From contig CATNEN010000007.1 of NCBI GenBank assembly GCA_950097015.1, forward strand, positions 310,001 through 374,000: DNA of 64,000 bases, written 5' to 3'. Under the pieces are notes generated by a model. It was not told where the DNA came from. It saw only the letters and a program-made list of their open reading frames with translations, and made no database searches. This document shows, one piece after another, positions 1 through 15,000 of the stretch. The DNA comes from Macrostomum hystrix (Eukaryota; Animalia; Platyhelminthes). The position numbers and the translations under genes are program-made. Within the stretch, counting starts at the first letter, position 1; every line of letters starts with the position of its first letter.

Positions 1-3000
1 TCTTGACTGAAGCATCAAAGTAAGCCAGAATATCGGACACATCAACCATTTCAGATAACCCGATAGCTAAAGATTTGTTTAACAGAGAACGGATATTCTC
101 AAGAGTCTCCATCAAGCTTTCGATATCGATGGAATCTTCACAAGACAGGAAAGTAGCTATAATGGAATATATACTACACCGCTTTTCCAGAGACTTGCAG
201 CTTTCCATAAGTTCCCCGAAAAATGGAACCAGATCTTTTGACTCGCTCCTTAACTTATTCCAAAGAATGGCAATGAAGCCTACAGGCAAGATGCCATCAA
301 ATATCTTCTTCACCACTTCCTCCAACAGGTTTTCGTTTAGTTTCGCACCACTCAAAACTGAGTGATAAAAACTTATTTCCGCTGAAATCAATCTGTCACC
401 ATACTCATTATCGTTGCTTAATGAGCTAGCAAGGGCTCTCCACTGCAGAAGCTGTACTGAGACATCTGGTGAGGTAAGAAGACCGCGGTCCTTCAATTTC
501 GAAAAAACTACTGACATTTCAACATCGGCGTCGTGATCCGTAAAGAAGTCACAGAATTTTAGCATTCCTTCTAATTCTGCGACACAGTCCAGGCCTTCGC
601 TTCGTGCTCTAAGCATGCCAAGGAAGCTACCTGTCACTCTGCGCCATTCGTTGAACTCGCATATATTCAAGTTTCGCAAATTATCTTCAGTCGGAAGCAG
701 CAAACTGAGCAGGTTATTTAAAGTAACTGAAAACTCAACTCCATCAACAAAGCTTTCTTTGACAACTTCATCAGCCGCGCGATCAGCAAACGAATGCAAA
801 TGATGATGCACATTGAGTAAGTCAACGAGATCCTTTTCGCTCTTTCTGAAGTATGAAAGCACACCGAAAACAGCCTCCATCAGTTGAGAACTCTGATCAA
901 TTTGCTTTTGAAGCACAATTCGTAAGCTTTCATGACGATCGCGTCCACAGAACGCAGTTGTGATTAATCTCCAAAAATCAGAACCTAGCCGACTGTCTGA
1001 AGACGTCAACTCAGATTCGTCCAGAAATTGTCGCAGTAGAGTCTCGATCTCCGTTACAAATGTGTTTCTGTCATCTACATGGCGGCAAAAAGTATCGTAT
1101 GTGATACCAAACAGGAAGGTGCTGAATGGGTACGCCAAATTTCGAAGACCTCTTACACGAGAGAAACGGTCTGATGAAGCTTTCTGTAGCACATAACCTA
1201 GAATAGCTGGAAGAGCCTTAATGATTGTTTGACTGCTGTCCGAGTTGTCCGTGAATATACAGAAGTCGCCCATTACTTTCAAAATCTTGATTAGATTCTC
1301 TTTGTAACTCACAGTCAAGCCATGCACGACAAATGATGAAAAAGACGAAAAATTGGCGAGTTGAGTTGTCTCAAGAGCCAGCTTTACAAGCCAATGGTCT
1401 GATGTGAATGGTTGCAGGTTTTTTGAACTTTTGGCTAAAATTTCAGTCACGATGAAGCCACGAATCTGCTCTTCAAGGACAGCGTGCCGTCCGAAAAAAT
1501 GGATAGCTTGATTCATAAGTTCAGGACTACGAATAGCCTCGGCTAAGGCGCTTGTAATCACACTTTTGTGCAGTCTCTCCATCAACTCGCTGTTTTCATA
1601 AATCGGGCTTAGACAATCGCTAGACACTAGATCATTTAGATTGACACCCGACTCTGGGTTTAATGACTCCACAAAAAAAACATCCCAGTCCATTAAAGGA
1701 CTCCAGTTCCACGAATGGTTTTGAACATCAAGATCCTCATTCTGACGATGAATTATGAGTACAACACTTTTACGAACTGATATCTCTTCGCTGTACCTTT
1801 GGCACAATCCGTCGATTAGACAACGCACATGCAGTATGTAGCGCTCGTCAATTGATGGCTTGATGCGAATTAACAAAATACCATTAGATGCACGTTCCTT
1901 GAAAAAAGGAACTATACAATCGAGAAGGTCGATCTCCCTACTGAAATCCATTAGCCGAATTTCTTTTACTGAGAATGATTCCTCAAGACCTGGCAACGGC
2001 TTACAAATATCCAGGTAGAGAGAGAACTTTGTGTATATGAATACCTTGTTAACCAAGTTTTCAGAGTGGGCAACTCGTGACAAAACACTGCCAAGATTAG
2101 TCATGCGATTGTACGAACTAAAATACTCCCGTTGAAACTGTCGAGTGTCTTCTAAATTCGAAAATGAAGTGCGCAGAACTGCATCAGGAAACATGTGCCT
2201 GTATAGAAGCGGAAGTACTTCCCTGACAGCTTGATGACCTTCAAGATCAGAATGACCGGCTTTAATTAGATAACTGGCAATAAGGTCTGGACTATAACCT
2301 TGAAAGATCTCGGTTCTCTTGAACTTTTTAACGACGTCATCTGATGTTACACGACAAAGATTATCCATCAGACCAGAGAGCTCATTTCGTGCCTTTTCCA
2401 GTTTCATGCTGCATATTTTGTCATCAAATTCAAATATCTGCTTTTCAAACCGATTTAGAAACGGTGGATCCAGTCTTCGGACCTCCTTCTTACTCACAAG
2501 GACAATGCATCGGAAGTCCTTGTGAACAACACAGTTCTGGTTAGCTTGGACCCCCATGGCGATTCGACAGTATTTTTTACCAGCATACTCCGAGTAGTTC
2601 TGATTTAGCATGTCGTACAAACTTCCGTAAATTAGGTCAAAATCTTTTAAAATTAGCACCATTCCTGTCTCCATCGACATCATGACTTCGTTTAACTTGC
2701 GGTAAGTAAATTCTTCTGAATACTGATCTTTCTCGTACTGGCTGCCGTACATTACCTTAAACATTCGCCTGCTCTGGGATAACATGAAGCACAGCAAATC
2801 AAGACATCCTTCGCTCTCATAAATCAACATCAAGTGTCTCGCATGAGGATCACGCAAATTCATGCTTATTAGCGTTTCCGTTATAGACTTATCAGAGTCC
2901 CGAGTCCCGATCTCAGCTTTTTTTAAACCTGGAAACTTAACTTCAAAATGCTTTATCACTTCTTCAAGAGAAGACTTGCCTCCATTAAAATTTCTCAAAA

Positions 3001-6000
3001 GACCTTCCTTAATGGTGGAAAGTTTACTTTCCCCTTCGACTTTTCGATCGCATATAAACTTAAGCAGGTAGTAAAAGTCACGAAGGCCATGAAATGCTCG
3101 AAAGGCTGCTCTTTAAAATAACTATGGCATGCATATGCAACACCATTAAGAACTTCATCTGGAATTAGTCCATCAGATTTACCACTTTCTGATGAACAAA
3201 TGGCTTTTCCTGTTTCACACAGCTCCAAATCATTCATGTCTGGACGAGAAATATGGATTCGCACGATTCATTTTCGCTGGGTCCAGAGCCCAGTTTGAGA
3301 TCCCGACAACTGAAACGCGACTTTTACAGTCTAAAGAAGACTCTGGTTCAAGAAGACTGTGCAGTACTTTCAGAGGGTTGTATCTAGACTTTTCAGCTAG
3401 TCCGATTTCATCAATAAGAACAACTGGTTTGGAGCAATCATCAGAGCAAGTGTTAATGCTGGCCTCAGCCTTCGTGAAAATTCTACTAATGCCTTCCGAA
3501 GTAGATGCCTCGGATCCTTGATAGCTGAAAAATCGAAGCGAAGGATACTGGCGAAATAATGGGTCTTCTGAATCTTTTCCACGAAGATTGCTTCGGATCA
3601 GATTAACAGCTAGTGACTTTGAGCAGCCAGGCTTTCCAACAAGAAGCACTGGGACTTGACAGTAAATACAACAGAAGATGATGAATACATTCTCTCGAAG
3701 AGCCAAATTCCTTGCTGTTTTTCTGGGTACACGCATTCGCTTGAGAAGTTCAAGCTCCTCTGTTTTAAAGTCATTCTGAATAGCTTCATCAGCCTTGTCG
3801 AAAAACCTGCAAACGTTTTTCGCAAAGTCATTCCGATGTTTCAATTCTGCTATTCGAACGTAGTAGCAGATGTATAGTGCGAACAAAAAGGCCCTTTTGC
3901 TCGGATTCTCAGTGGATTTCGGATCTGACAATGATAACTTCTTTTTAAAGTATTCCATAAAAAATCCATAAAACTCACAGAATCGTCGAACATCCCGCAA
4001 ACTTGTGGCGTAGTCAGAGTCCTCTAACTTTCTAATAAATTTCTGGACAGTGGAGAGACATTCTGTTATTTCTTTTCTCAACATTTTTTGAGGAATCGAA
4101 AGTGCAACCATTCGCGAAATATAGGCTTGTTCATCCGAATCAGTGAGCCTTCCGAAATCCCACACTAATTCCACCATTGTCTCAGGTAGTGGATACACTC
4201 TGTAGACGAGATTCATCATCTTGTCATCACGGAGCTCTTTGATTTCCAAGCCAGCTTGGGTAGAACTATTACGCTTCGGTCGAAGTACATATGGATTGCA
4301 GGCGGCAATGAAACGCAGGTTACAAGGTAGCTCTTTGTCGAGAAATCTTCGATGACAAATAATCTCTTTCAGCATTCCAAGATGCTCACATGTGTTGACC
4401 TCGTCTAGGAACATCCACACAACTCCTGAGCGTTCAGGAGACTCAAAGAATACTTTTAGCTGACTTTTAGCCAATTCAGCAGTTTTAGAAATACGTCCGA
4501 TAATGTCCGACTCTGAAACTCCTGCATGGAAATTCATCACCTCCAGTTGGCATTCTTGCACTGCAGCTAAATACCGGATCAGACTTGTCTTTCCACAGCC
4601 GGTTTCTCCAATTATTATAACGGGAACATCAGCATCAACTCTGAGGGTAATCAAAATCATCTTCAGAAAATTGTCTGCCGTTAGCGTGTAGTTTTCGGTC
4701 AGCTCTTTGTTAAGGCTTGGAGTATAGCCAATTTGACCTTTAGCTGCGATTTTCACAAGCTTATGAAAAAGCTCATCTTGCGAGATGCTGTTAAATTCCT
4801 GCAGTTGCTTTGACGATGCGCCAGAAAACAACTCATGGATTTCTGGAGTCACGTCACTCAATCGACGGTAGATTAGTTCGACAGTTGATATATCTTGATT
4901 CATAAAAACTGGAAGTACATAGGAAGAATCCTCCCAGTTTATCAATCCTTTAAAGCGTTTGATTGTGTGATCGAAAACATTTTTACGGCTTTCACTCTGT
5001 TGATACTTGATAGAAGAAATGGACTTCAGAGTCAATTTCAAAGAAGACTGCATTATAAGTCCCACCATCTTAGCGCGGATTTCTGTTCTGCCTGCACCAT
5101 ACACAAGCTGAAGATTTTTTACCTTGAAATAAGTACTGGCGGTGAACTTTTTCAGCTGCTCGCCTAAAATCTTCATACAAGACTCGAGCAAAAGGAAAGA
5201 CATTATATCACTGGGTCTCTTTCCATCTTCCAATGGGTGATTAAAAAACTGTCCGAGCAAATTTAAACAGACCTGTTTTGGAACACAATCTGTCAAATTG
5301 ACTTCTGTAAAATCTAATGTGTCTGTCGCAAGCAAGTAGAGATACTTGCACACAATTTGAATATGACTTGTAGGCTCCTCAGAAACTTCTAGATTTTTTA
5401 AATGCTTCCATTCACATTTTGCATCAGGCAGGCTTGAAAGCAGAGTGAATGAGTCTTCCAGTTCCTTGTCAATACTGTTGGCGATTTCTAGGTACAATGT
5501 TTTCGGACGAAATTGCACAATAGCATTAGACGTTGACAAAGTCTCACAAAATACTGCTTCGAATAAAATAAGTTCAAGGAGGTCCGCATTTTGAACGCTG
5601 CCTACATCAAGGTGCACACAATTATCCTTCGTTATTTTTGCTGCTTGAATTTTCGCCATTACAGCTTGCTTTTGTGCTAGACCACTGATGTGAATTCGGC
5701 AGAAAGTATTAGACTTACCACAAGAGGCGGTAACGATTTGTTCTGATTTTCCCACAGAAGGGCGATCAGAAGTGCAGAAAAAAACATTGCTAAAGCACTC
5801 CTTAAGAACCAGCCTTAGCTTCTCTTCTGTAAGTGCTTTTGCTTTTACAACGTTGTCGCGAAATACAGTAAATATGCTGTGGGACTCGGGAGCACGGCAC
5901 AGAATCGCTACTCTGCCTAAAGATTGTTGAGAGCTTTGTCGAATAAGTTCAGCGATGACCTCGCGAAGTACTTTCTGGCGCAGATTTTGCACTTCAACCA

Positions 6001-9000
6001 AAAATGTTGTTCGCATTTTCTCTCTTGAAGATCTATACAGGGCAAGAATGATTTCATCGGATACAGTGTCCTGCGAACAGAAAACAACTTCACTAATCCA
6101 AGGAAATTCTTTTTGAGAACTTATCCAAACATTAAGAAATATACTAATGACATCTTTCTCGGTTGGTGTCATCTGACAAACCAGGAGTTCACCTGGTCTA
6201 ACACACATGTCAGTCTTTTGTACGCACAAGTTGCTAAATATACGTGGCTCGATTCGCGGTAAGTTGTCTAAAGTAGCAAACATATCACAAAAAAGTTCCG
6301 TAAGCTTGCTGATACAGAGTTTTTCGATATTAAATCGTTGAAAAGAAACAGTTTTTAAACTTTGTGGATCGATTTTCATGAAGTACAATAAACTCGTTAT
6401 CTCGTGTTCCTCTCGTCCAAGATACCAAACTTGAAACAGCGTAATTAAATTGAAACCAAAAGCATAGTTTGCAGAATCGTAACGCCGCCTTAAATCATTT
6501 AGAAAACTATCCCACGACGCTTCTTCCTGATGTAGTTCTTCAACTTTACTTTCGCATTCCGATAGAATTCCATGCAGCACTCGGTTAACATAAAATGGGT
6601 GTCCTTTGTTTAGGAGCCTCTCTGCTGTCTCAAATGTACTCTCGAGGAAATCGATTAGAAAAACAAACTCTTTTAACGCAGAAAAGTCATCATGCTCCGT
6701 TGCGCTACGGTCTTTGTGTGAGCTTAATGTTATTATTATTCTACTTCTGTGATCTCGAAGCTGCGGTAATGAATACTCAGTTCCTATTGTTTTAATCACC
6801 TTAGAAGTACAGGAAACCACACTAGTAGTTATCTCGAACCGAATACTGTCGCTTTCATTTACAATAGCGGTAGCAAGAATTTTAGATGTCTCGCCACGAG
6901 AACCCATACTAGCATGAAGAGTCTTGATCGAGTTTATGTGACTGCTACATTCCTTAATACGATCGATCAGGTTCTTAGCAGCTTTCTGACGCTCGCCGAC
7001 TTCATTTTGAATATTAACTTCTCCATCCGCAGCCACGAAGTACTTCAGTGACAGCAGAACTGATTCTTCTATTTCTTTTACAGAAACTTTCGGTCCTGAT
7101 GACAAAAAGCTTCGAAGGGCTTGTTGTAGCGAAATCAATGAATTGATTACAGATAGGCTTAGATCTTGTGCAATCGTATCGTCCGTGTTATCAAGCAACT
7201 GTTGAAAGTCTGATGACTGCTGCTCTCTCAGAAAAGGTAGAGTCTCCTGTCTACTCTCATACATAATGGCCAGCACTTCCCATACATTCGAATCTACACA
7301 ACCAAAAGCACCAGACACATCGTTAAAAACTTCCAGGTATTCGCTGAGTAGGGTTGTGCGCTCGCAGAGACTCAAAAACTCTTCGATTAATGCAGTTGCA
7401 TCCTCGTGGTTTGTAAGAGCTTCAGTACAGAAACCTGACGCTTTCTCTGTATTTTCGTCATCAGACACGATATCATCAGCTGAGGCATTTGAGTTTTCAG
7501 GCGAGTCGGTCGAAGCTGCATTGAGATCAAAGAACTCAGTGAGAAAGAACTGAAGCACTTCGACCCGGCTACGCCACATTTTATGTAACTGGACACTGTA
7601 AAGTTTTGCAACAACGGTGCTAGATATGGCTAAGTTGGACAAAATTTCGTGCTCCAGTGATAAGTCTATTTTTGACTCGTCTGAAATATATACTTTAATC
7701 TTTTCTAACTGTAAGCTCCCTTCTTCCACTGCAATCCAAAATTCTTTGTACGCGGCGCAAGCGTCAGGCAACATTTTGTCAAGCACATAGTTGCACTGAA
7801 TACTGATAAGAGCTCCAGGTCTCTTTTGTCCAGCAGATTGATGGACTTCAGTGTCAAATAAATTTCTCGAGCCACCAGTAGACGGATTAAATCGGACAAA
7901 AACTCTTCTGAACAACTCAGACTTTACAAGTGACTTCATCAACTCAAGGTTCCGCACGTTTCTGATCTCAAAAATCTGGAACACTAAATCGTCGGTTCCG
8001 ACAGAACTGACGGCATCATTAAACTGAGTTTTTAAGGACCGGTATCGAGCCTGCTTTTCTTCCAGATCCAGCAGCTTCAGATTCAACGGTGAGTTGCTGC
8101 CAGAAATTAAAGACAGAAACTCAAAAATTTGAACCACGACTGCTGACTGCTCAATCCACTTCTTTTCATTTTCCTGCATGATTTTAACGACCACTTTGGT
8201 CTGTGAATTACGGTGAAAGTTAACAAAGAAGGCTTCAAGAAGCAGATCGAAGTAGTCGAATAGATTTGACTCGAAGTTTTCACGCGACAATTTTCGGCTT
8301 TTATCAAGCTTATCGAAGATGGAGACGAATTCATGCAATTCAGTCAAAGACAGGGCTTTTCCAGCCTCTCTGACAAAAAGTATTCTGGCGAAGTCAACGA
8401 CGCACTTTAATTTTGGAAACATGCGTTGACGGACGTCCTCTGCAAGATCTTCAGTGGCTTGATCGGAGTGGTTGGTCATCCACATCCACATGAAATGCTT
8501 CTCTAGCAATGCCGGAAGGAGCTCAAAGACGTTTGACTGACGCTGTCGAACCTGCACAGATAGGAAATTGTCGAGGCTGAGACCGAGCAGCTGGCAAAGA
8601 GACCTGCCATTAATAAAGTACGAAATAAATCTATTTTTTAACTCAATATAAAAATTATCAATATGTATTTAATTAACAGTCGAATACACAAATATTTATT
8701 CAAAAAAAGTACAACAAATAAAGTAAATACATGCAAAGAAATTAAGAAACATACCTTGAATGATTATCTTTACTAAACGAACTGTTCGGGTGTTGCAAAA
8801 ACTTCAAAATGTCTTCCGCTTGCTTTTCGTTGCCTTCATTGTCGCGAAGCTTAACCAAACACACTTTAAACACAATATCATTGAGACCTGCAGCCATTCC
8901 GTCTTCCACGTTGGTCTCAATTATTGTTCTAGTCAATGGCTTTTCATTTAGGACAAGATGCGCAGATTCTTTGCAAAGTGCTTTGAAAGAATCGCATGAA

Positions 9001-12000
9001 GAATCTTGAACCAGTGGTGCGATTGTGGCACACACAGACTTGTGAAAGTAGTCACAGCTTAGTCGAATAAACTGACAGAATATATTCATCTTACAATCAT
9101 CTTTAGCATTCGATAAATAGTTCAGGAAAGTGCCGGCAAATATTTCAAGGCAAAACTTAATTAGCCAATGAGTCTTTGAAGAAAATATGATACTCAAGAA
9201 GTCTACAGCAAGTTTCGTATCAAGCAAACCCCTTAAATTTAACAGATCGCAGAGAGCCTGCCGATTGGGAACAGAGCTGTCATTCTCAAACTTACTGTTG
9301 CTTACAGATGCAATTATGGCCCTTCGAATGACAGGGAGCACCTCATCGTGCCAGACAGATTCATCCACACACTGCAACTTCTTTGCCTTCGGCATGATGT
9401 CGCAGAACCGCTGCCAGCTCTCCGTCTGCAAATCACTCAGGTGCTTTTTGTAAAGTATTGATGCTCCAAATCTATGAATGAACTGCTTCAGTGCAGGACT
9501 CACAATTTCACACGAGTCAAATGAACTCAGGATTTCAACCGCATCCTCCTTGATAGTAATAAATTCTTCCAATAATATGTGTGCATCATTGAAATCCTCT
9601 GCATCGTTGAACACAGCGGATACAGTGCTTGCGAAGTTGCTGCAGCTGATACTTCGCAGCAATCCGGAGTTGAGAAGAGCTGCAGAAAACCCAGTCCTGA
9701 ACTTGTCGCCTCCTCGCTCAACAAATCCGAGATGCTTAACTAGTTTTGCAAAATCATTTGCTGAATTTGAAGGATGCAGCACTTTAGCGCAGTAGCAGAG
9801 ACACAAGAAGGAAGGCAGTGATGAGTCCAGGAAGCGGAGAGCTTGAGAGCTGACGCCTTTCAATGCCGGTTTTTGTAGGAAACTCAGAAGGAGAGTGGCC
9901 TCTTCGGTTTTCCAAAATGACTTGTTTTCAGGAGCGAATCTGCGTTGAACGAAGAGTGAGAGGCGGCAGAGAAGAATGCCACCGCCTGGCTTCAAAGAGA
10001 ATTTCTCTGCAAATGGAGAGCTCAGCATTCGCTTCACGACAAAATTGAACTCCGAAGCGTTTGCTTCGAGTGTCTTTTTGGAATCATTTTCTGTGACAGC
10101 CTTGAGCCACCTTGTAACTAGCGAACAGTAGGACTGATCAATGTATTCGATCACATCACTGCTAACAAAAGTTGTAGATGATTCAGCCAGAGCCAAAGAG
10201 ACAGCATGAGAAGCGAAAATTCGCCAGAAGAATTGAGACTTTCCGACTACTGAATCGATGTACGGCTCCATCAGAGCGTCAAAACACACGAGGCGGTCTT
10301 TGCTTAGAGTGCGAGTCTGCAGCTCACACAAATTTCCATCTGGGGGCGCGCTGTTCTTTTTCGAACAACACTTAACTATGGTGTCGGATATTCGAGAGCT
10401 ACTATTTAGAGCTCTCTCTATTTGTGAAGAAACAGCTGGACCAAATCGCCTCAGGTGATCTTGTATTTGTTTGATACTTGCTACTTGCAGCAATTGATGT
10501 CGGCATTCCAACTGATAGCTGTAAACGAAGTTTCCAATCTTATCCTTGAGGACAAACAGATTCCACGATGGAAGTGTGTAGAACTCTTTTAATGAACTTA
10601 TCTTGCGTTTCATTGCAAAAGCTTTGCTAAATTTTTGGTTTGTCAACATGAGTGAAACTGTTATGTCGATTTTGGCTTCAAGCAATGAGTTTGTAAGATC
10701 TTTGATGAAGGGCTGGTCATCAGCAATGCCTTTTCTTCCAGAAGAAACCTGTTCCACAATGAACTTAATGATGTCTGCGATGAACAGACGGAAGTCAAAT
10801 GGGATCTGAAAAGAAAGTGTCATTTGGATTTTAGACAAGCAGAGATTTAACAAGACTCTGTTCCCTAGGGTTTTAGCCTGAATAGTAGTGTTTACTTTTG
10901 CAGTAAAGACGTATAAGATTTGGGAGTCGTACAATACAGCTTTTGAATGATAAGTTTGTTCTTGGGTCCAATCTTAGCAGTGTAAAATGTAAAAACTTTA
11001 AAACGAATAATCAAGGTAGTGTAGGTTGCCTTAAAAAGTGTTAATGTAAGAAACTGTTTGTTTAATAGCCTGTAAAGCTTCTTAAAGATTAAACAGTATG
11101 ATACGAAAATTCGTTAATACATTGTGTAAATAAATGTTGCTCTTCAACTGCGGTCTAGCAAAATATTTTCTGTAAAAATGCTTTTTATAAGAATTTTTCT
11201 GAAAGTCTAGAACCTTGTTTTATTCACTATAATTACGCGAGCCATCTGCTGACTAAAATTCATATTTAGGCTCTTGGTGTTTTTACCGAATGTCTCATAA
11301 TGTATTTGAGCTTAGACTAATTATTTTTATATTTAGTGCGAATTCTAATTCTCGTTAAATCGCAATCCGGGAAATTCATATTGACGAAAATACTTTTCGT
11401 GTTTTCGTTTAATTTCAGGTGTGTTTTGTCCTTCTGCATTACACAATATTTTTGGCTGAACAGTGCCCTCCAAGGGGGCTTAGTGTGCTAGTAGCATATT
11501 ATAAATAGAATATTATAATAAGAGATCAATATACTATTGTCTTTTTTTAACAGCTTTTATTCACAAAAAAACTTACATAATATGACTTGTTCTTTTCGTC
11601 CAGTTTCAGATAGTCCTCTAGAGTCAACCAGGAACCCTAAATGTAGGATATATAGAAGTTATATATATCATTGCAGTCAACCATTGGATACCATTGCTCG
11701 AAGGGAAAATATATAGGAACATATCCGTTTAGACTTCATATAATTTTATACAAATAAAATAGCAGTACGTTTATATCCTAATTTGATGACAACTTCAAGT
11801 ATATTATTTTTACAAAATATTACCAGATTCCCAGAGTCGTCGTGGGCTTCATCGGTCTTAGTATTAGACTTCGCATTTTGATCATCAGAAGCTGATTCTT
11901 CAGCAAAATTAGCTGATGCACCAATCTCTTGAGTTGAGCTCTGCTTGACAGCTGTCTGGTTTTCGGACACCTGATCAGTAGATTCCATAGTCTTACTGAC

Positions 12001-15000
12001 CGTAACTGCGCCTTCTTTGGCTAAAAATGAGTAGACGAGTTTCAAATTACTTCTTTATAAATCAAGAGCAGTAGCAACAGAAAATTAACGCACTAATAGT
12101 AGATGTGAGTTGCTGAATTGATCGACATTAGCTAGTCATTTTGTTCTTATAATGAAACAATATCAATACATGCGTAAGGGACACGGGACAAAACGCAAAA
12201 GGCTTTAACTTACCGCTAGTATTCTTTCCAGACATAGGTTTACTTTCGGTAGAATTTTCGGTTTTACCCGAGGAAGCTTTACTTAAAGACTTGATGGTAG
12301 GATTCTGATCTTTCGCCGGCCCTGTAGAAATTGGCTCTGTAGCACCCGTTTCTGTTAAGTCTTTAGCAAGCGGCGATGACTTTTTAGTTTCAGATATCGA
12401 AGCTACCGGCACTGATTTGTCCAGTTCTGAAGCTGCCGGAGCTGATTTGTCCGGTTCTGAAGCTGCCGGAGCTGATTTGTCCAGTTCTGAAGCTGCCGGA
12501 GCTGATTTGTCCAGTTCTGAAGCTGCCGGAGCTGATTTGTCCGGTTCTGAAGCTGCCGGAGCTGATTTGTCCGGTTCTGAAGCTGCCGGCACTGATTTGT
12601 CCAGTTCTGAAGCTACCGGCACTGATTTGTCCAGTTCTGAAGCTGCCGGAGCTGATTTGTCCGGTTCTGAAGCTGCCGGAGCTGATTTGTCCGGTTCTGA
12701 AGCTGCCGGAACTGATTTGTCCGGTTCTGAAGCTGCCGGCACTGATTTGTCCAGTTCTGAAGCTACCGGCACTGATTTGTCCAGTTCTGAAGCTGCCGGA
12801 GCTGATTTGTCCGGTTCTGAAGCTGCCGGAGCTGATTTGTCCGGTTCTGAAGCTGCCGGAGCTGATTTGTCCAGTTCTGAAGCTGCCGGAGCTGATTTGT
12901 CTGGTTCTGAAGCTTCCGGAGCTGATTTGTCCAGTTCTGAAGCTGCCGGAGCTGATTTGTCCGGTTCTGAAGCTTCCGGAGCTGATTTGTCTGGTTCTGA
13001 AGCTGCCGGAGCTAATTTGTCGGGTTCTGAAGCTGCCGGAGCTGATTTGTCTGGTTCTGAAGCTGCCGGAGCTGATTTGTCCGGTTCTGAAGCTTCCGGA
13101 GCTGATTTGTCTGGTTCTGAAGCTGCCGGAGCTAATTTGTCGGGTTCTGAAGCTGCCGGAGCTGATTTGTCTGGTTCTGAAGCTGCCGGAGCTGATTTGT
13201 CCGGTTCTGAAGCTTCCGGAGCTGATTTGTCCAGTTCTGAAGCTGCCGGAGCTGATTTGTCCGGTTCTGAAGCTGCCGGAGCTGATTTGTCCAGTTCTGA
13301 AGCTGCCGGAGCTGATTTGTCCAGTTCTGAAGCTATTGGCACTGATTTGTCTGGTTCTGAAGCTACAGACAGTTCAGCAGATGACTTTGGTTTGGTGCTT
13401 GCCTCGGCAGAATCCGGTGACTGAGGCGGCACTGCATCTTTAAGCTGTTTTCTATAAAGAAGAATGAGGTATATTGGTTGTTTAACTACAATTCATACTT
13501 TAAAAAGATAGGTATAATAAATATTGAACTCACTCGACTGATCTGACTCTCTTCATCACAGCCTTGAAATATTTTTCTTCGAGTAGCACTGAGAATAGTT
13601 TGAAATTCTTAACATGAGGAACGATATTCTCGGAGATCCACTTAGAAAGTCCTTCTTCGGGTTTGAGAAACTCGGCCAGCTGTTTGAGCCCCTCTGTGGA
13701 CTGAAGGGCCACGCTGATGTTGATCTTAGACATCAGGCTTAGGTCTTCTTCCTCAGCATCCTCTTCATCGCTGTTGCCATCGCTCTCCTCTAAGGACAGT
13801 TCTATTTCAGTCAGCCGACCAGCAAACTGCAATAGCCGGCTGAGCTCTTGGCGTTGATCATTTAACACTTCGAAGGCTTTCTGCAGTGCTGCCTCTGGTA
13901 AACTGAATTTGACTCCTTTTTTGATGAAGTAGGGCACTGAATAAAGGAAATTTGTAGAAAAATGGACTATAAAATATTTATATAATTTACAAAAAATGGT
14001 TTTCCTTTTTAATATGAAATACTTAGTTCTGAACTAACAAAATATTTTCTCCAGATGAAAAATGAAACACATGAAACAAAGAAATCAGTTTGCTTTAACC
14101 AAAACTTTTAAAATCTATTGATGGAAATTATTCTAATTACATATATTTAAATATATACTTTAAAAATAATTCAGCATAGACTAGGCTCAAATGTGTCACA
14201 CGTGTAAGCTTTAACATAGAAATGGCCTATGCTGACACTTAAAGTAAATAGAACACATGAAGTCACATGGGTATAAAGGTACATTATTCTGTTTAGTTGA
14301 TATTCACTGACTAACCCCAAAAATATATTAGCTAGAATAAGAAAATAACCTATTTTGAAATAAGTTAATGACTCCATTTAGAAGAATTCCTAAATTACTT
14401 ATTTCTTGATAAAAATATGACAAATCTTAATCTCTTAGGGTAATTGAGATTAATTGGTAAATGACTTAATTTTTGGTCTAAAAAACTTCTGGCTTCTTAT
14501 GCATATAGGAACTTGTGGGAAGGCAAGAACTTGTAGTAAAGAAAACAAGTAATAGTCTGACTATACAAAAATATTAGCATACAACTAAATATAATACCTC
14601 AGCAAAAAGTGTTTTGCACAAGCATAAAACTTTTAAAGAAAAAAATGTGAAACCTATCAGTACCTAACTAGCCATTTGAGCATTAATAGTATGAAGAGTT
14701 TTGAATAGGCAATCAACCTATATTAGCTAAATTGGCTTTAATAAAAACTAGTTCTTGGTTTATCCCACACTTATCATAAAAATTATTGGTTTTTAAGAAA
14801 AGTGAAAGAATGAAAAGCCAAAATAAAATATAGTAGGGCCTATGAAGCAAAAAAAGTTAACATTATAAAAAGCACTGAATTAGGCTAGTCTAAAAGCCTA
14901 ATTTAGCCTACAAACTACTTTTGAGTAGCTGTTAAGATGATTCTTTTCTATTATATCATATTTAAAAATATTCAATGTAGTTCATATATCAGTATACAAC

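Noticed and set aside
75-10809. Numerous short plus-strand ORFs
   Set aside because: They are antisense shadows of the long RNF213-like coding frame.
12417-13424. 335-aa plus-strand ORF of [10 protein letters not shown] repeats, superficially pentapeptide-repeat-like
   Set aside because: It is the antisense reading of the 30-bp coding minisatellite. The minus frame has phase-compatible splice sites linking it to the RNF213-like gene.
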